A stretch of DNA of 63,222 nucleotides, the filler included. It is 4 parts of 4 records of this genome, joined end to end, with 100 filler letters (N's around TTAATTAATTAA, not from the genome) between each part and the next. Parts side by side here need not be neighbours in the genome. Positions count along the whole stretch, not along the records: positions 22,765 to 44,904 come from SRR22947727_1163; positions 45,005 to 55,664 come from SRR22947727_1171; 2 more parts are not named here. One strand, given 5' to 3'. This document shows, one piece after another, positions 38,576-49,824 of this stretch. The notes beneath the pieces are model-generated. The model saw only the letters and a list, made by a program, of their open reading frames with translations. It was not told the DNA's origin and searched no databases. Every line of letters starts with the position of its first letter. Positions within the stretch are counted from its first letter, which is position 1. Made by a program: the position numbers and the translations under genes.

Positions 38576-38923
38576 TTATGCTGGTGGTGGAATTGGTGGA
38601 TCCCATGGTGGCGACAAAAATTCATCAACTGGGTTTTTTATTAACTCAATTTGTTTATCTAAATTTAACTTCATTTTATCAACATCTAGTTCTGATTCTA
38701 ACCAGCCAACAACTTCGTCTTTTGTTAAATCTGGATAAGGTATAAATGGATTTTCTGGATCATAAATAACCCCGCAAACTCCTATTGATTCAGCAAAAAT
38801 TGGCGGTTCTGAATCGTCATTTGCTATATAGGTCCAGTGTATAGCATATATAACATTATCAAGATTATTTTCGTGTATTTTAGCATCAAGTTGATTTATT
38901 TTCCAATCATAAGTGTTCGCCAT
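38576..38923 (-). CDS. Small tail-fibre-associated protein
   Basis: Y.W.I..LD, NVIY.IHW, FIPY.DLT...V.GW pattern typical of genes next to marine phage fibres. Confidence 0.65.
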   Translation of the reverse strand: MANTYDWKINQLDAKIHENNLDNVIYAIHWTYIANDDSEPPIFAESIGVCGVIYDPENPFIPYPDLTKDEVVGWLESELDVDKMKLNLDKQIELIKNPVDEFLSPPWDPPIPPPA

Positions 38924-38955
38924 AATTTAATTTTTTACAAATTTAGTTATTTTTT

Positions 38956-39519
38956 TTAACAACTAGAAATTCCAATTATAGTTCCAGCAAAGCCACCACC
39001 ACCACCAAGAACTTCGGCATAAGTTCCCTCGCTAATTCCAGTGCTTGGATCAAACAATTGATAAAAACCACCAGGTGCCGCTGTAAATCCATCATAAGTA
39101 GTGTACATTCTATCACCATCAACTGGAATTGTATTACTTCCATCATGCCAATATATAGTTGATTGCATTGTAAAATTACATGCTGTTGTGCTACTTGATG
39201 AGCTATATGCAAACCTAACTTCTCTCCTTGTCAATGTTTGATTATACCCAAAAAACTCGCCCATGCCAAGTGGATTTGATCCGTCTGGTCGTCTATTTCT
39301 AAAAAAGTTAGCTGATTGTATATTTAACATATTAATAGCTGGAAAACTCTTTTCAGAACCGCCAGCATTTCCACCGCTTAAATTACTTAAATCTTTTAAA
39401 GATATTGGTTCGCCACCATCATAAGTATTTGAATCATATCCACCGCCTAATCGTTCTCTAGCTAATCTAAGCATTGACATTCCTGGATCGGGCATTTCAT
39501 CAAAAGTAGGTACTGGCAT
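38956..39519 (-). CDS. Hypothetical virion-associated protein
   Basis: 187-aa Gly/Ser-rich ORF directly after the tail fibre. Confidence 0.65.
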   Translation of the reverse strand: MPVPTFDEMPDPGMSMLRLARERLGGGYDSNTYDGGEPISLKDLSNLSGGNAGGSEKSFPAINMLNIQSANFFRNRRPDGSNPLGMGEFFGYNQTLTRREVRFAYSSSSSTTACNFTMQSTIYWHDGSNTIPVDGDRMYTTYDGFTAAPGGFYQLFDPSTGISEGTYAEVLGGGGGFAGTIIGISSC

Positions 39520-39521
39520 AA

Positions 39522-42500
39522 TTATTTACATTTACAGTTACACGATTTATTTTTTAACTCATCAACCTCTGCTTTAAGTTCTTTTATAGCTTCAATAAGC
39601 AATCCAGATATTTTACCATAATCAACACCATATTTGTCAACATCTTCAGCATAAGTTACAACCTCTGGCAAAACTTCATTAATTTCTTGAGCAATAACAC
39701 CAACCTTTCTTGATTTATCTTTACCCTTTTTTTGCGTATAATAAACACCTCTTAATTTATTTACCTTTTGAATTGCGTTATCTACTGTAACTATATTTTC
39801 TTTTGACCTTTTATCTGAATAAGCTACAATATCATTTGATGCAATAATTTTACCAGTAACGTACAAGGAATAAGCTGACGATGTTGTTGTACCACCAACT
39901 GCTAAACAAATGTTTGCCCTATGATAATAATAATGCCATCCAGTTGAACTATTATATTCACCACCATTTCCGCCACTGTCATACATACCAATATTAACAT
40001 CGCCATAGGACATATTAATACCCGTATAAGAACCCCTTGAGCCATCTATTCGCCAAGTTCCATAAGTTCCAGTGTATGGGTAAAAATGTGCACTATTAGT
40101 AGAGGAAAATAATCCAGCACCGCCACCCAAATTAATCCAACTTGGCACATATAAATAACCATTTGAACCCTGAAATCTCCAATCTTTGCTACCATTACCA
40201 GCGTATATATGTGTATCTCCACTTGCACCTGGTACAGATCTAAAAACATTATAACCATCTTTGCTTAACATCCCCATTTGACTAGTATTGCCATAAAAAT
40301 ATCCTAAAACAGTGCCAGATGTATTTTGCAATTCAATACCAGAATCACTAGCCGAGCCAGATTGTATTCTCAAATATGATGAGCTATCACCTTTAATTCT
40401 CATGTTAGTTGTTGGAAACATAATTTGCCCTTTTAATGACAAATGTCCAGCATTACTAACACTGGCTACATTACCCACACCAAGAGTTCTAAATATCCAA
40501 CCTCTTCCAGAGCTACTATTCATGTTAAAATAAGTTGCCCAGTTACCATTCACTAACCCATAAGTTCCATAAGGTCCAGTGCCTTGAAACATTAAACCAT
40601 ACGTTGGATCGGCTGAAGCACCACCATATAAAGAGATACCATAACCATCGGTTCCATTAGTTCCGCTTACTCCAAAACTTCTAGCAGTTACTGATTCAGG
40701 TATTATAACATTTCCGTTTTCTATAATAGTCAGTTTAGCATCGGCTAAAGTTGCACTCCCAGCACCAGTTTGAGGTCCATTTAATATATGCACTTTTCCT
40801 TGAGCATTACCAGATGTTAAATCCGTTCTCTCAAAAACTATTGCGGATTTTCTATAAGCAAGATTATTTTTTTCAAAATAACCAAAATGAATACCTTGAT
40901 AATATCCAGAGCCAAAGGATCCGCCAATTGATGCATATTTATTATTGCCAGTTCCTAGATAAACATCTAAAGGAGTTTGTGCAGTTGTTGAGGAAATTCC
41001 CACATTTCCATTGCCTAAAATTGTTATTCTATTAGAGTTATTAGTTGTAAAATTTAGAGGCAAATTATCTCTTAATCCTATATAGCCATTTGCGGTGTCT
41101 AATCCTATAACCATTCCTTGACTATCTAAAGTTTGATTTGCTCTAGCAATAGATATAAATGATTGTGCTGTCGTTCCTCTAACCCCTAGATTATACCCGT
41201 ATAAACTTGGACCATAAGCTGATGAGGTTGCATTTATAAGTAATTGACCATATTGATTAATCCGCATTCTTTCATTAGAGCCATCAGTATAAAATATGAA
41301 ATTACCAGCTTGACTATTATAAAAAAGTAAATCTGTAGCACTACTATAAATATATTGCTTTCCAGTTCCTGATGTTTGAAAAGCTATTTGCCCACCAGAA
41401 CTTCCACTTATACTTAAAGTATTATATCCACTTGAATTTGTGAGTGTAGTAGTTCCTATTCCTAAATCTGTTGTAAAATATGAATTACTTATTCCAGTTG
41501 ATAGCTTTATAACATCATTAACTCTAAATTCATTATCTATATCTCTCCTTATTCTTAATGCCCAATTACCATCAGAATCTAAAATTCCAATACCAGGGTT
41601 AGCAGTGGAACCGCTATCACCATAAATATAACCTAATAAATTGCCATCTGTTTCATATAATTGAATCCCGCTATAATTAGCGGCTCCTGCGGTTACCGAG
41701 AAATAACCTACTGAATTGATTTGAGCTTGACCAGTAGTTGTACCCCTGAATTGCCATGTGTTATTGCCACCAATATACAACTCATCACCAGCACCAGTTC
41801 CTATTCTAACAGCATTTGTTCCAGCATCTTCAATAAACAATTCAGAATCGTTAGTATAAAATTTAGAAGGTGTGCCGAATGTTGCCTGACCTTGATTATT
41901 AATACTAGCTTTATTACCATTGACTACATCTCTAAATATCCAACCTCTGTTGGATGAGTTATCCATAGTGAAATATGTTGCCCAGCTTCCAGTTACATAT
42001 CCCATTGTGCCATACGTACCAGTACCCATAAACATCATCCCGTATGTTGGCTGTCCACTATTTGCACCACCATATAATGAAATACCCTTGCCATCAGTTC
42101 CATTTGAACCAGATATACCGATTGCAGCGGCTGATAATGTATCGGATACAATAGAACCCCCAATTACTGCATTTCTTGAAATATTTAAATCTCTAAATCT
42201 ATGACCACTATAACCTAAATCAATCTCAGTATCAGTATAAGAACCTAAATAACCAGTATCAAATAAAAAATTCCCTTGATTTGTATTAAAATATAAGCCA
42301 CTAGCATTATTAATACTTTCAATATAACCATAACCATTATCGTTATAAGGACCAAATCTCATTAAATTATCACCCGAACCAGCTAAACTAATTTGACCCA
42401 CACCACCGCCTTGTGTAATAACAGTACCTTCAATTGTTAAATTTGTGGCTGTTGTTATACTTCCCTGGACATTTAAAGAACTTGCCGCAACCGCTGTCGC

Positions 42501-44904
42501 ATCATAAGTAGTTCCAATCGTCATTCCCCCGTCAACGTGTAATCTTTTATTAGCTACAGCAGAACCACCACCACCAAAAGCAAAAGTTCCATAAGTTCCA
42601 TTATAGTATAAAAATTCGTTTGCTGTGCCACCATCATTAAAACCAATTCCGCACCATGCGTCTGTACTGGTTAATTGTAATTGAAAGTCATTAGTGGTTG
42701 TCATTGTTGTTAATCCGTTAACATTTACGTTTCCAGAAAACGTTGAAACACCTGAACTGTCAATTCTAAAATGTGTTACACTATTGTCAGATTTATTAAA
42801 ATAATAACCATCAGAACCACCACTAAAAATCAAATTATTACTTTGTTGCCTTATTGATGCTGGATTGGTATATGCCGCTGCATTTGTAAATTGCAATGCT
42901 TTTTGTAAAGTAGTATTTCCATCACCACCAATAGTTAATCTTGCAGTTTCATCAGTTCCTAAAACTAAACTTCGACCTGAGCTATTGTGATAAATATGCA
43001 TAGCATTTTCGTCCAAAGCAATAGCACCTTGATAGCCATTCCCATCTATCATTAATTGACCATTAGACGATGCATCCATTGATATATTTGTGCCATCACC
43101 AACTTCAACATTGCCAGTAAAATGTGCAGATGTACCAGTTAATGCTCCAGTTAATGTACCACCAGTTAATGGTAAATATGGACCGCCAATATCACCAGAG
43201 GACATCGGAAAACAGTTTGTTAATGTATTATTTACAGTTGTTTGAGTAGTTACAACATTAATTTCCCAAGCTCCAAGATAGTTGTTAATATCGGCAGTAT
43301 AACCAGCAAAGAAATCCCTTACAATAACTTGTAAATGGTTCCATGTGCTAGTAGTATCACCTATCCAAACACAATGCTCCGTTCCATTATCACCAAATCT
43401 AACTGTATAATTTTGATTAGAACTCTGACCTAAAACAGTTGCTGAAGGATAAAACCAAGTTGTATTGCCAGAACCAACGTTTTGATATGTATAACCGCCT
43501 ACAAATACTGTAACACTTTCTTGTGTACGATAATCAAATATATCAACAACAAATTTAATCATGTCATCATGACCAGTTCCTCCAGTTGGCAAAGCAATTT
43601 CAATAGCACCAGTATAAGCATTTTGAGTAGTATAAAAATCACCACCATAAGGTTTATTTATATAACCGCCACCAGTAGCTGTTTGATATACGGATTTTGT
43701 AGTTTTTAGATTTTCACTTGTGTTAATATTACCAACAACATATAAGTCATTTAAAAACTTAGATTCGCCACTAATAAATAATTGTGTTGCTGTTGAATCA
43801 TATTTTATACTGGGTGATCCAGCACCTGAGCCAAATATTAATGGCACATTATCATTTAACTGAGTTGTTACAGTTATAACATTTCTGTTAATATTCCCAT
43901 CTATTCTAAAGTATTCTGTAATATCACCAATACCATTATCTGATTTAAATATTATCTTTTTATCGTTGCTGTTATTTTGAATTATAAGTTCACCATTTAT
44001 ATTATCAATATAGCCATCTGTGCCATCATGATATATTTCTAAGTCGGCTGATGAACCTAAACTCAATTGTACATTATCAAGGAATCGCATATTCCTATGA
44101 ATCTTGGTAAATCCAACAGAGCCATCTATTCTAAAATAAGGTGTTATGCCACCAGACATATCATCACCATAAAAAATTATATCTTTATCATCTGCAGTTT
44201 GTCTAATTTCTAAGTTACCAGTCAAATTTTGTATTAAAGATATTGTACCATTATGATATATTTTTAAATCTTGATCAGTACCTACACTTAATTGAGAATC
44301 ATCTGTAAAGTTCATGTCCCTATCAACTCTGTTAGGTACATCGTTTGCTCGACCAGCACCAAACACTTTTATTAATCCATTACTAGCATGAGATTTTATA
44401 ACTACTGCTATTTTTTGAACTTGACTTGTAAATGCAGTTGGTTTAGTTGCTGTAAATGCACCAGCAGTTTCAGATACATATAATTCATCACCTATACTAA
44501 AACTAGAGGTGTCAATGCCACTAACAGCTCCAAACATTACAGCTTCACCCTCTGCCTCATCTGCAATAGTTTCATTTAATACACCAATAGCTGGCATACT
44601 AGCTACAACATTAGCATCTGCTGCAACCACTTCAATAACATTGCCACTAGGTGGTGTTGCTGTTGGTGCTGCATGAACTACAACTCCTTTTGCAAGTGAA
44701 CCGCCACTAACATTTTTTACAGTAACTTCTATTCTTTTTGCAACCTCAGCATCACCCTCAGATGCAATAACACCATTTGTTATTGTAATGCCATCACCAG
44801 CAGTAAAACTAGCTCTTGCTCTAGTAGTTGTAAAATATAAGTTAGTTGTTCCCTCGCTTAAATCATCAGTATCCTTACTGCTTAAATCAAGATTTGCACC
44901 AGTT
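39522..44904 (-). CDS. Long tail fibre with C-terminal peptidase S74 intramolecular chaperone, 5' truncated
   Basis: Frame stays open past 44630 to the contig end (TDDLSEGTTNLYFT..RAR); Gly/Thr/Asn-rich repeats; C-terminal YSDKRSKENI, GVIAQEI..VLPEVV, VDYGK...LLIEAIKEL. Confidence 0.9.
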
Positions 44905-45004
44905 NNNNNNNNNNNNNNNNNNNNNNNNNNNNNNNNNNNNNNNNNNNNTTAATTAATTAANNNNNNNNNNNNNNNNNNNNNNNNNNNNNNNNNNNNNNNN
45001 NNNN
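44905..45004. other. Artificial contig linker
   Basis: N-run + TTAATTAATTAA + N-run. Confidence 0.98.
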
Positions 45005-45126
45005 CCATTTTTCTGGCCAATTTTTCCTCCAAGCGCTTCAAGTTTAGCTGCGATTGCTAAATCATCGGCGTGAGCAGGGATTCCCATGGCGACGAGAATG
45101 GAAAACGTAAATAACTTAAATTTCAT
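45005..45126 (-). CDS. Secreted protein N-terminus, truncated (not in ORF track)
   Basis: MKFKLFTFSILVAMGIPAHA-DDLAIAAKLEALGGKI: signal peptide with AHA cleavage site; open to the contig end. Confidence 0.55.
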
Positions 45127-45272
45127 GATTTGGATTGAACGATAAAACTCCGGATTTGAGCCTTAGTAAATGACGTGACCAAGGGGAGTGAAGTCGAAAA
45201 TTCATTCCGTAAACACGTTGGTTCGGGCCCTTTTCCATTGTATTTTGGCCAAAACGGGATTTCATCAACAGA

Positions 45273-46025
45273 ATGCCTGATTCTGAAAAATGCAGCGTAC
45301 TCGGCGCGATTCCAGCTCGTTGGGGATCAACCCGTTTTCCGGGAAAGCCTCTGGAATTGATTGCCGGAAAACCGTTGGTCCAGCACGTATGGGAGCGGTG
45401 TTCGGAGTGTTCGTCATTGACCGATGTGGTTGTGGCCACGGATGACGCGCGAATTTTCGAAGCGGTCGAAGCTTTTGGCGGGAAAGCAGTTATGACGCGT
45501 GATGATCATCCGAGCGGGACTGACCGGATGGCTGAAGTAGCGGAGGCGTTTCCGGATCATGATGTCTTGATCAATATTCAGGGTGATGAGCCATTGATTG
45601 ATCCCAAATTGATTGATCAACTTGCGGAGGCCTTGGTGGCAGATGCCAATTTACCGATGATCACGGCGGCAAATCCGATGGCCTCTGATGACCCGGCGAT
45701 TAACGACCCCAATGTGGTGAAGGTGGTCTTTGATGTGAATGGTTTGGCACTATATTTTTCGCGAAGTGCGCTGCCTTTTCAGCGGAATGTGGATGTGCCT
45801 GAATTAACCGTCTATCGGCACAAAGGAATTTACGGCTTTCGGCGTTCGTTTTTATTGGAGTTCGTTTCGTGGGAACCATCTGTTCTGGAACGAGTTGAAG
45901 GGCTTGAGCAGCTTCGGGCGATGGAGAACGGAGCCCGAATTCGAGTGATTTCTACAGATGATGAGTCGCCGGGGATTGACACACCCGAGCAGGCGGCTTT
46001 ACTGAACGAACAGTTGTTAGGATAA
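45273..46025 (+). CDS. kdsB: 3-deoxy-manno-octulosonate cytidylyltransferase
   Basis: [42 protein letters not shown]. Confidence 0.96.
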   Translation: MPDSEKCSVLGAIPARWGSTRFPGKPLELIAGKPLVQHVWERCSECSSLTDVVVATDDARIFEAVEAFGGKAVMTRDDHPSGTDRMAEVAEAFPDHDVLINIQGDEPLIDPKLIDQLAEALVADANLPMITAANPMASDDPAINDPNVVKVVFDVNGLALYFSRSALPFQRNVDVPELTVYRHKGIYGFRRSFLLEFVSWEPSVLERVEGLEQLRAMENGARIRVISTDDESPGIDTPEQAALLNEQLLG

Positions 46026-46035
46026 TTTAAATATA

Positions 46036-47637
46036 ATGAAGTATATCTTCGTCACAGGTGGTGTGGTCAGTTCTCTCGGAAAAGGTCTTGCAGCGGCGGC
46101 GCTGGGGACGCTTTTGGAGCATCGTGGGCTGAAGGTGTTGATTCAGAAATTTGACCCGTATCTCAATGTGGATCCGGGGACGATGAGTCCGCTCCAGCAT
46201 GGGGAAGTTTATGTTCTGGATGACGGGGCCGAAACGGACTTGGATTTGGGGCACTATGAGCGTTTCACAAACGGTAAGCTGTCGCAGCTGAACAATCTCA
46301 CGAGCGGACAGGTTTATGAAAATGTGATCCGCAATGAGCGGAAGGGAAAATATCTGGGCGCAACCGTTCAGGTAATCCCTCATGTGACAGATGAAATTAA
46401 GAACCGGATTCACGAGGTCGCGGAAAAGATGGATGCCGAAGTGATCATCACCGAAATTGGTGGGACAACCGGTGATATCGAAGGATTGCCGTTTTTAGAG
46501 GCACTCCGCCAATTTCAATTGGATGAAGGCCGTCAGAACGTGATTTTTATTCATGCAACGCTTGTGCCCTTCATTAAGGCGGCGCAGGAGCTGAAGACAA
46601 AGCCGACTCAGCAAAGTGTGGCTAAGTTGCGTGAGATCGGGATCGCGCCTGATGTGATTTTGTGTCGTTCCGAGCATGAAGTCGAAGAAGATCATCGCCG
46701 GAAGTTGTCGATGTTTTGCAACCTTCCTCAGGAGTCAGTTATCCAATTTCTAGATCTCGAAAATACGATTTATGAGGCGCCATTGAAGTTGCATGAAGAA
46801 GGACTCGATCGAATTGTTTGCCAGCTTCTCGGTCTGGATACTAAAGAACCGGATCTGACGAATTGGCGAAACATGGTGGATCGGATGGTGAATCCGACCC
46901 ATAAAGTGAAGATCGCAGTGGTTGGAAAGTACATCGAGTTACAGGATGCCTATAAATCGATCTACGAGGCTTTGACTCACGCGGGAGCAGCGAATGATTG
47001 CCGAGTCAAAATTATCCGGATTGATTCCGAAAAGCTGGAGGAAAAAGATGTCCCGACTTTGTTAGCGAAGGCTGATGCCATTCTCATTCCCGGAGGCTTT
47101 GGTGAGCGGGGAATTGAAGGTAAAGTTGCTGCGGCAAAGTTTGCCCGCGAAAATTCGATCCCCTATTTTGGGCTTTGCCTGGGAATGCAGATCGCGACAA
47201 TCGAATTTGCCCGCAATGTCTGTGGGCTCGAAGGTGCCAACAGTGTGGAATTTGATGAGAACGGGCCGCATCCGGTTATCTGCCTTTTAGAAGAACAGAA
47301 AGAGGTTGAAGACAAAGGAGCTTCGATGCGATTGGGGACTTGGGAGGCTAAATTGAAAAAAGGAAGCTTGGCCAACCGTCTCTACGGAACTTTGGAAGTC
47401 AGCGAGCGCCATCGTCATCGCTACGAATTCAATCAGGATTATCGTGAACAGATGGAAGGGGCGGGCTTTTCAATTTCAGGAAGTTCTCCCGACGGAACGC
47501 TATGCGAGATCGTTGAGATTCCTCATCACCCATTTTATCTGGCGGTGCAATTCCATCCGGAGTTTCAAAGCAAGCCAACTGCGCCCCACCCTTTGTTCAG
47601 CGGTTTTGTAAAGGCCGCCATGGACGCAAAGGGATGA
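46036..47637 (+). CDS. pyrG: CTP synthase
   Basis: [47 protein letters not shown]. Confidence 0.98.
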   Translation: MKYIFVTGGVVSSLGKGLAAAALGTLLEHRGLKVLIQKFDPYLNVDPGTMSPLQHGEVYVLDDGAETDLDLGHYERFTNGKLSQLNNLTSGQVYENVIRNERKGKYLGATVQVIPHVTDEIKNRIHEVAEKMDAEVIITEIGGTTGDIEGLPFLEALRQFQLDEGRQNVIFIHATLVPFIKAAQELKTKPTQQSVAKLREIGIAPDVILCRSEHEVEEDHRRKLSMFCNLPQESVIQFLDLENTIYEAPLKLHEEGLDRIVCQLLGLDTKEPDLTNWRNMVDRMVNPTHKVKIAVVGKYIELQDAYKSIYEALTHAGAANDCRVKIIRIDSEKLEEKDVPTLLAKADAILIPGGFGERGIEGKVAAAKFARENSIPYFGLCLGMQIATIEFARNVCGLEGANSVEFDENGPHPVICLLEEQKEVEDKGASMRLGTWEAKLKKGSLANRLYGTLEVSERHRHRYEFNQDYREQMEGAGFSISGSSPDGTLCEIVEIPHHPFYLAVQFHPEFQSKPTAPHPLFSGFVKAAMDAKG

Positions 47638-47667
47638 AGATTGGGGGCAATAATTTGAAGCGGGCAT

Positions 47668-47702
47668 AAAAAAACAGCACCGATTATCGGCACTGTTTTT
47701 TT
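47668..47702. terminator. Bidirectional intrinsic terminator between pyrG and the pilin gene
   Basis: A7-CAG-CA-CCGA-TTA-TCGG-CA-CTG-T7; pairs fully, with G-U, on the minus strand. Confidence 0.8.
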
Positions 47703-47729
47703 AAAAAAGTTTTACGAAAAGAAATGGTG

Positions 47730-48377
47730 TTAGTTAGATTGCCAATTCGTAATGAAGCGTGATTGAACTGCTGAATCTTCGGAATCTGCATCTGCACCAA
47801 CAGTTGACCAAAGATCATAGGTCGGATTGAATGTCGTCCTCTTTTTCCCATTTTGTTTACTGCTGGGAGGAAGTAAATTTGGAGGATCCGCAATATATCG
47901 GACAGGGCTGTTGAATGTATCGATCACATAGAACGGTGGGCCTGAACCAGAAGGGGAATAGGAGCGCTTCCGGTCTGATTTCCGATTGCTCCAATAGTCT
48001 AATTTCTGGACGTAGATTTTTTCTTCAGGACCGTCGCCAATGCCTTCCACGGCATCTGCTTTCCCTTCCGGATCAAGATTAAAATCCCCCGATAGGTGTT
48101 GGTAGAGAATCTCACTACCATTCAGTCCTCTCTCACTCCGACTTCCCGCTTCGGGGACCTGTGGAAAAATTCCATTGTCGATCTGATACTTTTCCAAGCC
48201 ACTGGTGATTTCAGCCAGAAATGCAGTGGTGTTTTTCCGATTAATTGTCGCCCGAATGCCGGGCATGGCTGCTGCCGTTATGCCAGCCAGAACAATAATG
48301 ATTGAAATGACGACCATCAACTCAATTAGACTGAATCCCGATATTTGTTCTCGCCGCTGAGTTCTCATAGGTAACAT
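47730..48377 (-). CDS. Type IV pilin / pseudopilin (GspG-like)
   Basis: G|FSLIELMVVISIIIVLAG prepilin motif; C-terminal YDLWS.GAD. Confidence 0.9.
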   Translation of the reverse strand: MLPMRTQRREQISGFSLIELMVVISIIIVLAGITAAAMPGIRATINRKNTTAFLAEITSGLEKYQIDNGIFPQVPEAGSRSERGLNGSEILYQHLSGDFNLDPEGKADAVEGIGDGPEEKIYVQKLDYWSNRKSDRKRSYSPSGSGPPFYVIDTFNSPVRYIADPPNLLPPSSKQNGKKRTTFNPTYDLWSTVGADADSEDSAVQSRFITNWQSN

Positions 48378-48439
48378 GTTACACCCATTTAATTTACATT
48401 GTCAATACAATTCAGGGCATTGCTACTCAAGGGAGATGC

Positions 48440-49711
48440 TTATCCCTGATTGTTCATCTCTGTGATGATGGAAATCATGGGCATGAACAATGCGATAACG
48501 ATTGTTCCGACAACAAGAGCCAGCAAAACGATCATGATCGGTTCCAGCATTGAAGTCATTGCGTCAACTGCCATGTCGACCTCGTCGTCATAAACGTCGG
48601 CGATTTTTAGAAGCATATCAGGCAATTGCCCAGTTTCTTCTCCAACGTCAACCATACTGATAACCATTGGTGGGAAAATTCGGCTGGCTTCGAGCGGTGC
48701 AACCACCGATTCACCTTCACGAACTGCTTCATGAACTTTATCGATGGCATTGGCAACGATCATATTTCCCGAGGTTTCCCGCGTAATGTTCAAGGCCTGC
48801 AAAATTGGAACACCTGACGTCACGAGAGTGCCGAGGGTTCTGGTGAATCGTGAAATCGCACTTTTGAGTTGAATCGGACCAAACAAAGGAATGTACAGCT
48901 TCCATCGGTCAATTGAGTTGCGGCCGGCAGCCGTCATTGCAAAAACCTTCCAGCCTACAAATGCGACGACCAGTACAATGAGAATGAGTAACCAGTTGTT
49001 AGTCAATCCGTCACTTATTGCGATGACAAAACGAGTAATTCCAGGTAGAGGGACGTCTCCGAGCATGTCCGCAAAAATTTGCTCAAATTTCGGGACAATA
49101 ACCGTCATCAGGAAAACCAGAATCAACATCGCGATCATAAGAACGATGATTGGATAGACCATCGCAGCGATGATTCGGTTTTTCAGTTTTTGAGCTTTTT
49201 CCTGGTACTCAGCGAGTCGATTGAGAACCAACTCCAATACCCCGCCAAGCTCACCGGCTTTAACCATGTTGACGTAAAGTTTGTCAAAGATTTTTGGGTG
49301 CTGACCGAGGCTTTCTGAGAATGTTCCACCCCCAGCTACTGAATCGGCCAAGTGAGTGACCGTTCCCGCCATGACCCGGTTTTTCTCCTGATTTCCCAGA
49401 ACGGAAAGTCCGCGAAGAAGTGGAAGTCCCGCATCAACCAGTGTCGCCAGCTGACGGGTGAAAATCATAAGGACTTTGCCTTTTACTCGTCCTCCCGCAG
49501 CATTTTTAGAACCTGATTTGCCTTTTTGTCCTTTTTTTGCACGACGTTTTGCAGTGCTTGAAACGCCTCCTTTTCCCGCAGGTGCGACCTGGGTTGGATA
49601 GAGTCCACTCTTGCGAAGCTGTGCGATTGCGTCCGCCTCGTCACCCGCAGTAACGGATCCAGTTGTTTCTTCGCCCCGAGCGTCGAGAGCAATGTATTCA
49701 AAGTTTGCCAT
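48440..49711 (-). CDS. pilC: PilC/GspF inner-membrane platform protein
   Basis: FTRQLATLVDAGLPL, AGELGGVLE, GEETGQL, LEP.MIV. Confidence 0.92.
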   Translation of the reverse strand: MANFEYIALDARGEETTGSVTAGDEADAIAQLRKSGLYPTQVAPAGKGGVSSTAKRRAKKGQKGKSGSKNAAGGRVKGKVLMIFTRQLATLVDAGLPLLRGLSVLGNQEKNRVMAGTVTHLADSVAGGGTFSESLGQHPKIFDKLYVNMVKAGELGGVLELVLNRLAEYQEKAQKLKNRIIAAMVYPIIVLMIAMLILVFLMTVIVPKFEQIFADMLGDVPLPGITRFVIAISDGLTNNWLLILIVLVVAFVGWKVFAMTAAGRNSIDRWKLYIPLFGPIQLKSAISRFTRTLGTLVTSGVPILQALNITRETSGNMIVANAIDKVHEAVREGESVVAPLEASRIFPPMVISMVDVGEETGQLPDMLLKIADVYDDEVDMAVDAMTSMLEPIMIVLLALVVGTIVIALFMPMISIITEMNNQG

Positions 49712-49824
49712 AATTGATTCTACTAACAGATTAAAATATTAAGAATCCCTCACCTGAAGCATATCAGAAAAAGAAATTCGATGTCACGCAAAAATATTAT
49801 TTTTTCGTGAAATTGTAAATTTTT

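Larger units (their letters stand above)
22765..44904 (-). mobile_element. Bacteriophage genome fragment (siphovirus-type, probable Bacteroidota host)
   Basis: All genes co-oriented: tail fibre, tail tubes, tail chaperone, tape measure, ERF, primase-helicase, VRR-NUC; no integrase or cellular housekeeping genes; bounded by linkers. Confidence 0.95.

Noticed and set aside
22006-44904. Prophage integrated in glyA of the alphaproteobacterium
   Set aside because: The junction is a linker; no integrase or att site; phage signals point to a different phylum
39522-44904. Diversity-generating retroelement target or CRISPR-like repeats in the fibre
   Set aside because: Repeats are diverged at protein level rather than adenine-specific; no reverse transcriptase or repeat-spacer array seen in the window
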